Assembly: GCA_030167145.1 (NCBI GenBank)
Contig: CP126532.1
Coordinates: 2,880,001 to 2,912,000 of the forward strand
Length of the DNA stretch: 32,000 nucleotides
Reading direction: 5' to 3'
From: Ktedonobacterales bacterium
Lineage (GTDB): Bacteria > Chloroflexota > Ktedonobacteria > Ktedonobacterales > JADMIN01
Shown: positions 7,085 to 16,060 of the stretch, piece by piece
Position numbering within the stretch: the first letter of the stretch is position 1
Layout: each line of letters opens with the position of its first letter
The notes under the pieces: model-generated
Told to the model about the DNA's origin: nothing
Database searches by the model: none
Seen by the model: the letters and a program-made list of their open reading frames with translations, nothing else
Program-made: the position numbers and the translations under genes

Positions 7085-7948
7085 TTAGCGGATGTGCTGG
7101 CGCATGAAGGTGAGGACGATGCGGTCCAGGCGCAGGTCGTTGGGGTCGTGCAGCAGCCGCTCTTCGAGGTTTTCGCGGGCACCGTAGCGTTCGAGTGCGG
7201 CGTAGGTGGCGGCGTCATACGCGCCAGTGAGGGGGCCGGAGTAGTCGCCGGAGCGGGTGAGGAGTTGCTGTAGCTCGGTCGCCAGCGCCGCGTCAATGGG
7301 CAGGTAGTCGTCGGAGGTGGGTTTGAGGAAGTAGAGTTCGAAGAGGTCTACCAGCCGGGCGAGTTCGGCGATGGGTTGGGGATGGTCATCCACGCGCAGA
7401 TCGAGTAGCCGGTCGTTGAAGCCGCCGTAGCCGCCCTTCGCGCGCACGACGAGCAGCGCCGCCGATTGCTGGCCGCGACTATCGCCGCCTGCGCGCTGGC
7501 CCGCCGCGAGCGCGGCGACGAGCCGATGCCAGAGCGGACCAGTGGCGGACTGGAAAGTTTCGGCGAGCGCGGCAACGGTCTCCGCGCCGACGAGGATGTT
7601 GCCCTGTGCGGCGAAGTTTGGCCCGGCGATGCCGCCCGCCCAGGGATAGCAGCCGGGACCGGTGTAGGTGGCGGAGCGGCCCTGTGTATCTACGATGCCC
7701 ACCTGGCGCTGGCTGGGGTCGGCGTCGGCGCTGGTGAGCCGCGCGAGCGCCTCTTCGGCGGATGCGCCATTGGCGAGCAGGTTCAGCCCATCGGGACCGT
7801 AGGCGGTGTTGGCCCAGGATTGCGTGGCGATGGCGCCCGCGCCCGCGCGTGCCCAGGGCACCACCGCGCCGACGGCGAGAAACTTCGACTGCACGGCGAT
7901 GCCCAGGTCGCCGGTGGCGGGGTCGCGGCCAACGATAGAGAAGGTCAT
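7085..7948 (-). CDS. DUF1028 family (Ntn-hydrolase-like) protein with C-terminal putative peptidoglycan-binding domain
   Basis: AGGAGG lies 8 nt upstream of ATG 7948. MTFSIVGRDPATGDLGIAVQSKFLAVGAVVPWA is the characteristic DUF1028 N-terminus. The 54-codon upstream extension to 8110 is Arg-rich junk. Confidence 0.85.
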   Translation of the reverse strand: MTFSIVGRDPATGDLGIAVQSKFLAVGAVVPWARAGAGAIATQSWANTAYGPDGLNLLANGASAEEALARLTSADADPSQRQVGIVDTQGRSATYTGPGCYPWAGGIAGPNFAAQGNILVGAETVAALAETFQSATGPLWHRLVAALAAGQRAGGDSRGQQSAALLVVRAKGGYGGFNDRLLDLRVDDHPQPIAELARLVDLFELYFLKPTSDDYLPIDAALATELQQLLTRSGDYSGPLTGAYDAATYAALERYGARENLEERLLHDPNDLRLDRIVLTFMRQHIR

Positions 7949-8134
7949 GTGCGGGTTCCTCCTGTAATAGCGGGCGGTTAAAATCGCGCGACGAGAGAGC
8001 GGGCGGTTGAAACCGCGCCTGGATGGCCCCTGGCCACGAAACCCGCCGTCGCGGGTTGGGGAGAGAGGCGCCAGCGATACAAGGCGGGCAGACAGGAATG
8101 TCCGCCCCACCTGGACGCCAGCGGTACAAGGTGG

Positions 8135-8980
8135 CTATGGATGGCGGGCGAAGAAGTCGCGGACGGCGGAGAAGTACATGTCGGGCTGCTCGACGTAGGT
8201 CATGTGGCCTGCGTCGGGGAGGATGACCAGTTCGCTGGCACGGATGCCAGCGGCGAGGTCGCGAGCGGCGCGTGGGGTGCAGGTGCGGTCGTGGTCGCCG
8301 GTGAGGATCAGCGTGGGTTTGGTCACGTCGCCGAGGCGGTCTTCGTACTCCATGGCGTAGGCGTTGGCGGAGAAGTAGGCCAGCACTTCGGGAGCGTAGA
8401 CGATGCGATCTTCGTCGGCCATGTAGCGGCGATAGGCGTCGCTTTCGGTGGTGGCGAAGTGGAAGGGCATCTGCAAGCGCATGATTTCGGCGAAGTCGTC
8501 TTGCGTCTTGGCATGCGGCTCCAGATCCCACGAGCGCGTCACCTGCTCGCGCAGAGCTACTGGTTCGAAGGTGGCGAGGTTTTCTTCGACCTCTTTGCCG
8601 GTCTTGGTGAAGCTGGCGGTGCCGCTGGAGATGACGTAGTGCGAGGCGTTGCCCTGTTCTACTGCATGCACCACAGAGACCATCGCGCCGAAGGAGTGGC
8701 CGAGCAGCGCGTAGCGGCTGAAGCCGAGCGCGGCGGCGAGTTGCGTCACATCCTGGGCGAAGCGGCTGAGGCTGAGCGTGCTGGGGTCCACGCGCTCAGA
8801 ACGTCCCTGGCCACGCTGATCCACATAGATCAGGTAGAACTGATCGCTGAGCGTGTCGAGCCAGGGGTGCATCTCGGTGTGATCGAGGCCGGGGCCGCCG
8901 TGCAGGATGATGAGCGGATGGTTTTGCGGTGAGCCGACGGGCAGATAGAAGATACGCGCGCCATCAATCGTGACATCCAC
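8135..8980 (-). CDS. alpha/beta hydrolase (proline iminopeptidase-like)
   Basis: GGGAGGTG lies just upstream of GTG 8980. Carries an HGGPG oxyanion motif, the nucleophile elbow GHSFG, and a late D/H (ILPDAGHM). Confidence 0.85.
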   Translation of the reverse strand: MDVTIDGARIFYLPVGSPQNHPLIILHGGPGLDHTEMHPWLDTLSDQFYLIYVDQRGQGRSERVDPSTLSLSRFAQDVTQLAAALGFSRYALLGHSFGAMVSVVHAVEQGNASHYVISSGTASFTKTGKEVEENLATFEPVALREQVTRSWDLEPHAKTQDDFAEIMRLQMPFHFATTESDAYRRYMADEDRIVYAPEVLAYFSANAYAMEYEDRLGDVTKPTLILTGDHDRTCTPRAARDLAAGIRASELVILPDAGHMTYVEQPDMYFSAVRDFFARHP

Positions 8981-9083
8981 AAGCCACCTCCCGATGTGTT
9001 GAGGACAGCGTTCGCCAGGGACCTGGTAGCGCTACCATACCATACGCGCGGTGGTGACGCCAGTTTAGCGCGAGGCGGGCAAA

Positions 9084-9103
9084 GGGCGAGGCGGGCCTCG
9101 CCC
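9084..9103 (-). terminator. GC hairpin downstream of the RNA methyltransferase gene (GGGCGAGG-cggg-CCTCGCCC)
   Basis: Perfect 8-bp stem 30 nt after the stop at 9135. Only a short TTT follows on the minus strand. Confidence 0.35.
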
Positions 9104-9134
9104 CTACAGACGCCGGGGGTTTGGGCAATGCTGG

Positions 9135-10658
9135 TTAGCGGAGCCGGTCGCAGACGGCGACGCATTCGATATGCGAGGTGAAGGGGAACATGTCCACCGG
9201 CTGCACGCTGGTGAGCCGGTAGCCGCTGTTGCAGATGATCTGGAGGTCGCGGGCGAGGGTGGAAGGGTCGCAGGAGACGTAGACCAGGCTGCGCGGGGCA
9301 AGCTGGGCGATCTCGCTGAGTGCGCGCGGATGGCAGCCCGCACGCGGCGGGTCCACCAGGGCGATGTCTACGCGCTCGTTCTGGCGGCGCAACGTGCCCA
9401 GCACACGCTCTAGCACGCCTTCGGTCACGGTGACGTTGGCGACGTTGTTGAGCGCGGCGCTGGCGCGGGCATCGGTGACGGCGCTGGGCTGCGATTCGAT
9501 GGCGTGGACGTGGGTGACATGGTCGGCAAGGAACATCGAGAAGAGGCCGACGCCGCTGTAGCCATCCAGCGCCCAATCAGTCGGACGCGGGCGCAGCGCG
9601 GCGAGCGCCTGCTCCACCAGCACGGGGGTCTGGGCGGCGTTCACCTGAAAGAACGAGCCAGCGGAGATGCGGAAGGTGCGGTCGTGGACGTGCTCGTAGA
9701 CGAAATCCTGCCCGATGACGACACGCCCGCGTCCGCCGGGCAGCCCCAGAATGACGACGCCGACGAGATCGGGCACCGCGGCCAGAATCGCTTCGCCCAG
9801 GGCGTGCGGACCGCCGCCCGCGTCTATGGCGCTGCCGGGGCGCGCCTCGATGGCGAGCAGGCCAGCGGGCTGGGGCGGCTCGTGCCCTGGTGGCGGGGTG
9901 TAGCGGGTGGTGTCCACGGCGTCTGGCTCTGGCGCGGCGACGGCCACGCGCAGGGTGAAGCGTTCGGCGTAGTCGCTGGCCGCTTCACCCCAGTTGGCGC
10001 GTATCCAGGCGCGCACGTTCTGATAGAGCGTATCCAGCGCCGGATGGACGATGGGGCAGTCGGGCATATCGAGCACGTCGTGGCTGCCCGCGCGGCGGAA
10101 GCCGATGGCGCCGTCGTCGCCGATGGCGAACTGCGCGACGGTGCGATAGCGCCAGGGGTCCGCGCCCGGCGGCATGCCGATGGTGTTGCGGACAGGCGGA
10201 TTGGTGAAGCGGCCAACGCGGGTGAGCAACTGGCGCACGATGCGGGTCTTCCAGGAGAGCTGGGCGAAGTATGCCAGATGTTGCCACTGGAAGCCACCGG
10301 ATTCGGTCAGATCGGGGTAGCGCGGCGGCACACGGTCGGGTGAGGCGCGCAGCACTTCGACGAGGGTGGCGCGGGCATAATTGCTGCGTTCGCGGGTCAG
10401 CCGGGCCGTCACCAGTTCGCCGGGGAGGCCGCCGGGCACGAAGACCGCGCGGCCCTGATAGCGCCCAACCGCGTCGCCGCCATAGGCCAGGTCGTTCAGC
10501 TCCAGCTCGATCAGCGGGCCGAACTCATCGGCATCGGGCCGCGCGCCTGCGTCGGGGCTATCGGCTCCCGGAAGCTCATCCTTAAAAGGATCGGTCTCTA
10601 GAGACTGTGACGTCATGCTGAGGAACCCGTTTCCGCGAAAATCGCACGTGACAGACAC
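9135..10658 (-). CDS. TRAM-domain class I SAM-dependent RNA (uracil-5-)-methyltransferase, RlmD/RumA-like
   Basis: TRAM-like N-domain (GDAVGRYQGRAVFVPGGLPGELVTARL) and C-terminal signature VYVSCDPSTLARDL...VDMFPFTSHIECV. The start is uncertain: GTG 10658 or ATG 10616. Confidence 0.85.
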   Translation of the reverse strand: MSVTCDFRGNGFLSMTSQSLETDPFKDELPGADSPDAGARPDADEFGPLIELELNDLAYGGDAVGRYQGRAVFVPGGLPGELVTARLTRERSNYARATLVEVLRASPDRVPPRYPDLTESGGFQWQHLAYFAQLSWKTRIVRQLLTRVGRFTNPPVRNTIGMPPGADPWRYRTVAQFAIGDDGAIGFRRAGSHDVLDMPDCPIVHPALDTLYQNVRAWIRANWGEAASDYAERFTLRVAVAAPEPDAVDTTRYTPPPGHEPPQPAGLLAIEARPGSAIDAGGGPHALGEAILAAVPDLVGVVILGLPGGRGRVVIGQDFVYEHVHDRTFRISAGSFFQVNAAQTPVLVEQALAALRPRPTDWALDGYSGVGLFSMFLADHVTHVHAIESQPSAVTDARASAALNNVANVTVTEGVLERVLGTLRRQNERVDIALVDPPRAGCHPRALSEIAQLAPRSLVYVSCDPSTLARDLQIICNSGYRLTSVQPVDMFPFTSHIECVAVCDRLR

Positions 10659-10742
10659 TTATCCACCCGGCACGCCAGCCGAAAGCACCATCCTGAGCAG
10701 GGCCGCGTACCGCCATTGTAGCATATTGGAATGCCGTGCGCT

Positions 10743-10845
10743 CTCGGCCATGAATGGCTGGAACACAGCGGCGCGGGTGTGCCCACCTCGGCCACAAATG
10801 GCCGGAGCACAGGTGACATGTGCAAACTCTCGGCCATGAATGCCA
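10743..10845. repeat. cluster of 2.6 copies of the dispersed element (CTCGGCCAnnnATGGCyGGArCACAG)
   Basis: Copies at 10743-10768 and 10787-10812, with a partial at 10829-10845. They match 4067-4112, including the trailing CATGAATGCCA. The cluster is intergenic. Confidence 0.8.
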
Positions 10846-10883
10846 ATCGCGGGTGAAGGGAAGTGGTGTGGCGGGGGAATGGA

Positions 10884-12065
10884 TCAGCCCCAGGAGCGCT
10901 GGAGTTCGCGGTGGCGCGTGCGGCGGCTGGAGAGCAGGGCGAGCAGCGATGCGCCGAGGCCGAGGCAGGCCATGGCGACGGTGACGACGCCGCCAACACA
11001 GGGGACGGCTTTGACTAGCTCGATCAGCATGACGCCTAGCATAGTGGCGACGATTGGCGCGCCGCGGCCTGCCGTTTCTCTGCCGCCGAGCAGACGCCCG
11101 CCGATCCAGAGGCCGGAGGCGATGGTGCCGACCACCGAGGCGACGTAGAGTCCCGCGACGAGCAGCAGCGCCAGGGGGATGCCGAGGCACGTGATGAAAA
11201 GCAGCGCCGCCAGCAGCGCGCCCACAAGCCAGGCGAGCGCGCCCAGCAGCACATTGAATGGGAAGGTATGGGACACCGCGCGCTCGACCTGCCGCAACTG
11301 GCGGGGATAGAATGCCGCCAGCGCCGCGCCAACGAGTCCCCAGAAGAGCAGATGGCCCCAGGGGAACGAGAATGGGCCGGTGAAGCCGAGCCAGCGCAGT
11401 GGCTCGACATTGGTGAGACCCAGGCCATCTTCAACGGGACCGGAGATATGGGTCTGGGCGTCGCGATGGACCGCGCCGCCGATGACCTGCACGCCACCGT
11501 AGACCGCAGCGCCGTAGCGCAGGGTCACATCGCCATGCAGAACGGTCACATTGCCATTGACGCGGCCCGAAATAGTGACGTTGCCATCGGCGATGGTGAC
11601 GCTGCCATTGACCGCGCCGTTGATGGTGGCGTTTGCGCCGAAGACGGTGACGCTACCACAGATCCACTCGTCCTGACTCACCAACACATCTTTGCCGAAT
11701 GCCGTCCGGCTGCCATCTGAGCAGGTAGTTGGGGTAGCGGGCGCGCCAAGCGCGGTGGTGGGGGAAGGTGGCGATGCGGTGGTGGCAGAGGATGCGGTGG
11801 GAACGGAGAATGTTGGCGGTGTGAGCGGAGCGAGCGCGCGGCCAAACCATGCCGCAGTGAGGGAGCCAGCGGAGCCAGGGAGCAGGCCAGCCGCGAACGA
11901 AAGCGCCAGCACCAGCGCGGCCATGCTCACCAGCGAGAGCCATTCGCTACGCGCTGTATCGTGGGTGGGGTGTGCGGATACGGGTGGCGCGGGATGACGT
12001 CCACCGGACGCCCCGACGGCATCGGTGGGGTGTGGGTGCGGCGGTGGGCACGTGTGGACGGGCAT
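10884..12065 (-). CDS. membrane protein with extracytoplasmic bactofilin-like beta-helical repeat region and C-terminal multi-TM domain
   Basis: Pro/His-rich N-terminus, one TM span and a Pro/Thr/Ser linker. A repeat region follows (VTVFGANATINGAVNGSVTIADGNVTISGRVNGNVTVLHGDVTL), then about 4-5 hydrophobic spans. Starts 7 nt after the anti-sigma stop. Confidence 0.65.
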   Translation of the reverse strand: MPVHTCPPPHPHPTDAVGASGGRHPAPPVSAHPTHDTARSEWLSLVSMAALVLALSFAAGLLPGSAGSLTAAWFGRALAPLTPPTFSVPTASSATTASPPSPTTALGAPATPTTCSDGSRTAFGKDVLVSQDEWICGSVTVFGANATINGAVNGSVTIADGNVTISGRVNGNVTVLHGDVTLRYGAAVYGGVQVIGGAVHRDAQTHISGPVEDGLGLTNVEPLRWLGFTGPFSFPWGHLLFWGLVGAALAAFYPRQLRQVERAVSHTFPFNVLLGALAWLVGALLAALLFITCLGIPLALLLVAGLYVASVVGTIASGLWIGGRLLGGRETAGRGAPIVATMLGVMLIELVKAVPCVGGVVTVAMACLGLGASLLALLSSRRTRHRELQRSWG

Positions 12066-12072
12066 AGGGATC

Positions 12073-12771
12073 TCAGGCCTCGCGAGTCAGGTCCGTAGAG
12101 GGGCGGGCGACGCGCAGCCAGTAGACCAACGCAGCGCCTGGAATCGCGGCGAGAGCAACCATGAAGCCTTCGTTGGAAGCGGCAGCGCCAAGCATGGCGA
12201 GCAGGTCACGGATCAGCCCCAGCAGCGCGACGGCGGACGCAATGAATGTGCCGAGCAGCAGCAAGACACTGTTAGGCGCGAGCAGCGTGAACAGGAAGCC
12301 GGAGATCAGCGCGAAGACGATGGAGACGGCGAGCGTGGCGAGCGCGACAGGCGCGCCACGGCGGATGTGCCGGTGTGTGGGGATGCGCGCGGAAATGATG
12401 GTGGCCTGCCGTTGGGCGATGCGCGCCATGACGGCGGTGGTGAAGAGATCGGGAGTGGGCACGGCGCTAGAGTGAAGGGTGATGCCGGTTTCGCGGAGCC
12501 AGGCTTCTTCGCGGCGGCGCTCGGCGTGCCAGGGCGAGAGCGCCGGGGAGGCCATAGGTGATGAGGGCGATGAGGGCGATGAGGAGCGGATGAGGAAGCG
12601 GGATGAGGAGAACAGCCGGGCTGGCCGCCGCGAATTGAACGAACGCGCATGTGTCAGCGCGATGTAAGCGGCGGCGATGCCAGCCAGCAGATCGGGGTGT
12701 CTAGTGGTTCTCCTCACGCTGGCTGCCTCCGTTTTCCAGGCGGCGGCGCGCATCGGCGGCGCGGGCCTCAA
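12073..12771 (-). CDS. putative anti-sigma factor (single/multi-TM), start uncertain
   Basis: Lies immediately downstream of the ECF sigma gene. Has a cytoplasmic segment (DLFTTAVMARIAQRQ) followed by hydrophobic spans. No zf-HC2 Cys pair. ATG 12771 or 12753 would overlap the sigma gene by 50-70 nt; the next ATG is 12555. Confidence 0.5.
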   Translation of the reverse strand: MRPAPPMRAAAWKTEAASVRRTTRHPDLLAGIAAAYIALTHARSFNSRRPARLFSSSRFLIRSSSPSSPSSPMASPALSPWHAERRREEAWLRETGITLHSSAVPTPDLFTTAVMARIAQRQATIISARIPTHRHIRRGAPVALATLAVSIVFALISGFLFTLLAPNSVLLLLGTFIASAVALLGLIRDLLAMLGAAASNEGFMVALAAIPGAALVYWLRVARPSTDLTREA

Positions 12772-13432
12772 AACGCTCTGGGTCTATGCCTTTGGCCTTG
12801 ATGGTGCGCCCAACCAGTTCGCGGGCGCGGTGCAGCCGCGCCTTGACCAGCGCGGGCGTCAGGTGCAGAGCTTCGGCGATCTCTTCGTAGGAGAGGTCGT
12901 GCCAGTAGCGCAGCACCAGCACGGCGCGATACTTCGGCGGCAACACGCTGAGAATCTGCTGCATCTCATCGGAGGCTTCAGCGGCCAGCGCGGAATCTTC
13001 GGGGCCGAGGCTGAGATCGGCGATCCATTCGAGGAAGGGCACGTTCTCCAGCGGGAGCGCCAGGAACCGGCGGCGGCGCAACTGATCTATCGCCAGATGC
13101 GAGGTGATAGAAAGCAGCCACGTGCTGAAGCGGTGGCTGTCTTTGTAGGTGTGCAGTTGCGTGTAGGCGCGGACGAACGCTTCCTGCGCCACATCCTCAG
13201 CCTCGGTTGGGTTGCTGAGCATGCGGTAGGCGACGTTGAAGACCGAGTCTTTGTACTTCTCGACGATTTGCGTATACGCTTGCTGATCGCCGGCCAGTGT
13301 CCGGCGGACGAGCGTAACGTCTTCTTGCATTTCCACGGTGCGAATCGCACTGGCCCCTTCGGTGGTGCGTTGTGCCTCAGACGCGGCGCCCGCGGAATGA
13401 CCAATGCTCAGAGCGGCTCCACTCGTTCCCAC
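12701..13432 (-). CDS. ECF-type sigma-70 family RNA polymerase sigma factor
   Basis: Region 2 (DVAQEAFVRAY...STWLLSITSHLAIDQLRRRR) and region 4 (LSYEEIAEALHLTPALVKARLHRAR) are present. AAGGAGG lies 6 nt upstream of in-frame GTG 13432. Alternative starts are ATG 13474 and ATG 13330. Confidence 0.85.
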   Translation of the reverse strand: MGTSGAALSIGHSAGAASEAQRTTEGASAIRTVEMQEDVTLVRRTLAGDQQAYTQIVEKYKDSVFNVAYRMLSNPTEAEDVAQEAFVRAYTQLHTYKDSHRFSTWLLSITSHLAIDQLRRRRFLALPLENVPFLEWIADLSLGPEDSALAAEASDEMQQILSVLPPKYRAVLVLRYWHDLSYEEIAEALHLTPALVKARLHRARELVGRTIKAKGIDPERFEARAADARRRLENGGSQREENH

Positions 13433-13577
13433 CCTGTGCCTCCTTCTCACGTCGAGACTGGACATCTCCGGCAATTGAGCCGCTCAGGGTTGTGGCCTGA
13501 GCGCCGGATACTGCCACCCTCGCGTCAGGAGCGTTTGGTCACTAAGGAGTACCTCGTGAGGTTGCGCTCCCACCCTG

Positions 13578-13605
13578 TATACGCGAATGGGATGATGAGG
13601 TTGCA
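13578..13605 (-). promoter_or_regulatory. candidate ECF-type promoter TGCAAC-N16-CGTATA
   Basis: On the minus strand, TGCAAC (13605-13600), a 16-nt spacer, then CGTATA (13583-13578), about 100-140 nt upstream of the sigma gene. Resembles the AAC/CGT architecture of autoregulated ECF promoters. A second GCAACCTCA lies 39 nt downstream. Confidence 0.4.
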
Positions 13606-13805
13606 ACATCACCCCAGACTCTCTGGAAAAATACCACCGGGATATTGAGCTTTGATGAGAATCTTACGTCAGCCCCACGGCCTGTGACTGTGGCGTAGTT
13701 CACGATTTGCACCTGTCTTTTGGCCGAGGGCAATGGCGGAAAACGTCCGACACGACGCTGTGTATCTCTGGCGCGACAGCAAACAGCGTGCCAATATGCA
13801 CGCAC

Positions 13806-13870
13806 GCCATGGATGCGCCATGGATGCGCCATGGATGCGCCATGGATGCGCCATGGATGCGCCATGGATA
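13806..13870. repeat. perfect tandem repeat, 5.9 x 11 bp (GCCATGGATGC)
   Basis: Read directly. It lies between the CDF transporter stop (13895) and the sigma operon promoter region. ORFs across it (MAHPWRIHGAS...) are repeat translation. Confidence 0.97.
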
Positions 13871-13894
13871 GGACGCGCGACGGTGCGGAGATTT

Positions 13895-14917
13895 TCAGCC
13901 GTGGGGGTGATGATGCTCGTCGTGGTCGTGTGGATCACCGCCCGGTTCGTCGTGTGGTTCGTGAGTCCAGGCGTGGGGGTCGGTTCCATCGGGCAAGCCA
14001 GAGGGGTCTACGTGGATGTCTACCATGGCCGCGCCAGGGATGTGGGCGAGCACTTCCTGGCGCACGCGCTCGGCGATGGCATGCGCGTCGGCGAGGGAGA
14101 GTGAGCCATCCGCGCTGATATTCAGAGCGATGTAGAGTTGACGGCCTGCCCAGCGGGCGCGGACATCTTCGATGCCCGCGACGCCCGGCACTGCGGCTGC
14201 CTGCGCGCGGACCTTGGCGATGATGTCGGGGTCAACGGCGTCGAGCAGGCGCGCGAAAATATGGCCGCCGACATCTACTAGAATGTAGAGGATGGCGACG
14301 GAGATCAGCAGGCCCGCGATGGGGTCGGCTTCCGGCACGCCCAGCCCCGCCAGCGCGAGGCCAGCGGCGGCGGCGAGCGAGGTCAGCCCGTCGGCGCGCG
14401 AATGCTGGCCGTCGGCGGCCAGCGCGGCGCTATGCAGTTTGCGGCCCATGCGCATCTTATATTCGGCGAGCGCCTCGTTGCCCACGAAGCCGATCAGCGC
14501 GGCGAGGATGCCCAGGCCGATGCGCGACGGCTGGGCGTGAGTGATGAGCCGTTGATAGGACTCGTAGGCGGCGATGAGACCGCTGGCGGTGATGACGAGC
14601 GCGATGAACGCGCCCGCGAGGTCTTCGGTGCGGTGGAAGCCGTAGGTGAAGCGCTGGGTGGCGGGGCGGCGCGCCAGCAGGAACGCGACCCAGATGGCGG
14701 CGGTGGTGAAGACATCGCCGAGATTGTGCAGCGCGTCGGAGAGCAGGCCCGCGCTCTGGCTGAGCGAGAAGACGAGCAGCTCAATCGCGGCGACCACGAA
14801 CATGCCAGCGGTGGCGATGGCGACGACGCGTAACGCTTCGCTGCTGCCCACGCCCGCGAGATGCTCATTGGGGGCATGGCTGTGGCCGTGGCTATGGTGC
14901 TGCTGTGCTGAGGTCAT
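13895..14917 (-). CDS. cation diffusion facilitator (CDF) family divalent-metal efflux transporter
   Basis: TM2 HNLGD and TM5 HSRAD metal-site motifs, six hydrophobic spans, and a C-terminal cytoplasmic domain. Both termini are His-rich (HHSHGHSH; DPHDHDEHHHPHG). Confidence 0.9.
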   Translation of the reverse strand: MTSAQQHHSHGHSHAPNEHLAGVGSSEALRVVAIATAGMFVVAAIELLVFSLSQSAGLLSDALHNLGDVFTTAAIWVAFLLARRPATQRFTYGFHRTEDLAGAFIALVITASGLIAAYESYQRLITHAQPSRIGLGILAALIGFVGNEALAEYKMRMGRKLHSAALAADGQHSRADGLTSLAAAAGLALAGLGVPEADPIAGLLISVAILYILVDVGGHIFARLLDAVDPDIIAKVRAQAAAVPGVAGIEDVRARWAGRQLYIALNISADGSLSLADAHAIAERVRQEVLAHIPGAAMVDIHVDPSGLPDGTDPHAWTHEPHDEPGGDPHDHDEHHHPHG

Positions 14918-15037
14918 GACAGGCGCCTGCTATTTTCAAACCGTGCGGGTGAGTACACACCGTAGGTCGGTACTGATCTGAAACCAGTATAGCAGACGTG
15001 AGGGCGAGGCGGCAGCCTGGGAAGAAGCGGCGCGTTG

Positions 15038-15322
15038 TCAGTATTGCTTGCTTTCCGCCACTTCGACGATCCAGGCGCGTGGGTTATCCATGATCGTGCC
15101 CTGGACACGACTCCACACGCCGCGCATCGCGACGAGGAAGGATTCGGCTGCGTCGCGGGTGTCGAAATCGAGGTCAATCATGACGAAGTTAGCGTCGTCT
15201 ACCGGCCGCAGAATCTGGTAGCGCCGCACGCCCGACTGTTCGCGGCCAACGGGGTCGCTGTCGAAGGCTTGCTTCCAGCCGTCGTAGCTGGGCACGGGAT
15301 GTTCGATGCGCACGGTGGGCAT
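15038..15322 (-). CDS. small conserved-looking hypothetical protein (94 aa)
   Basis: GGAG lies about 9 nt upstream of ATG 15322. Balanced soluble composition. Possibly a dimeric alpha/beta-barrel-type fold, but I cannot support a family call. Confidence 0.55.
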   Translation of the reverse strand: MPTVRIEHPVPSYDGWKQAFDSDPVGREQSGVRRYQILRPVDDANFVMIDLDFDTRDAAESFLVAMRGVWSRVQGTIMDNPRAWIVEVAESKQY

Positions 15323-15568
15323 ACTGGCTGCTCCTCTCTGTGATGCGTCGCGGCGCTATAGCTCACGTGTGTGATGGCCACGTTGCGAGAGAACGGGTAC
15401 GCACTGGCGAGGTTCGCGTGTTGTGCGCGTTCTCGTGCTGGTATTGGGGCAGCGTGGTCCTCAAGAAGTCAATAGGAGGGCTGGCCAGGCGCGCATCTTT
15501 CGGTAGTTTTGCGGTGCGTACCGCGCTGGCGGTACGGATTTGCCTGGATGGCCGTCTGCCATGATGCT

Positions 15569-15841
15569 TTAGACGCGCGCGGCGCCACGTCCGCCGGTGA
15601 AGGCGCGCACGATGAGCAGCAAGACGACCGCGCCGACAAAGGAGACGATGACGCTCCAGATGTTGATGCCGGTGACGCCCGATCCACCGAAGAGCGAGAC
15701 GATGATACCGCCGATGACGCCGCCGATGATGCCGACGACGATGTCGCCGCCGAGGCCGAGGCCACCACCGCGAATCAGCCTGCTGGCGAGCCAGCCTCCG
15801 AGCGCGCCGACGATAATCCAGGTGACGATCAAGCCGAGCAT
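15569..15841 (-). CDS. GlsB/YeaQ/YmgE family stress-response membrane protein (transglycosylase-associated)
   Basis: AGGAGG lies 8 nt upstream of ATG 15841. The 90-aa Gly-rich protein has three TM spans (MLGLIVTWIIVGALGGWLAS...GIIGGVIGG...). The longer ORF to 16234 is an Arg-rich extension without an SD. Confidence 0.85.
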   Translation of the reverse strand: MLGLIVTWIIVGALGGWLASRLIRGGGLGLGGDIVVGIIGGVIGGIIVSLFGGSGVTGINIWSVIVSFVGAVVLLLIVRAFTGGRGAARV

Positions 15842-15980
15842 GGGGATCTCCTCCTTTGGGCAGCGTGTGGTCCTTCGCGCGCCCCAGCGCTCCGTTGCCA
15901 GGGCAGATATGCATAGCACGCGTGCAGTTTGTGTGCCACGCGCGGCCTGCCACGTCTTGGTCGCGTCTATTGGTTGTGTG

Positions 15981-16009
15981 TTGCCGATTGCCATCGGGTC
16001 TGCTAGACT
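15981..16009 (+). promoter_or_regulatory. candidate sigma-70 promoter TTGCCG-17-TAGACT for the MFS gene
   Basis: Pattern match about 50 nt upstream of ATG 16061. Confidence 0.3.
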
Positions 16010-16060
16010 GCGCGCAACGTAACGCGGCGAGGCGCATGCCCGGCGATTGGAGACCCTCTG

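Noticed and set aside
7479-8531. 350-aa minus-strand ORF spanning the DUF1028 and hydrolase genes
   Set aside because: It is extremely Arg-rich (RRRRxxxRR runs). It overlaps two well-supported genes out of frame and crosses their intergenic gap.
731-13870. Possibility that the short perfect repeats (731-800, 13806-13870) are CRISPR arrays
   Set aside because: The units are 10-11 bp and directly abutting, with no spacers. No cas genes are present in the window.
13542-14118. ORFs with MAHPWRIHGASMAHPWRIHG or WMRHGCAMDAPWMRHGCAMD
   Set aside because: They are translations of the 11-bp tandem array on both strands and overlap the CDF gene 3' end. They are not coding.
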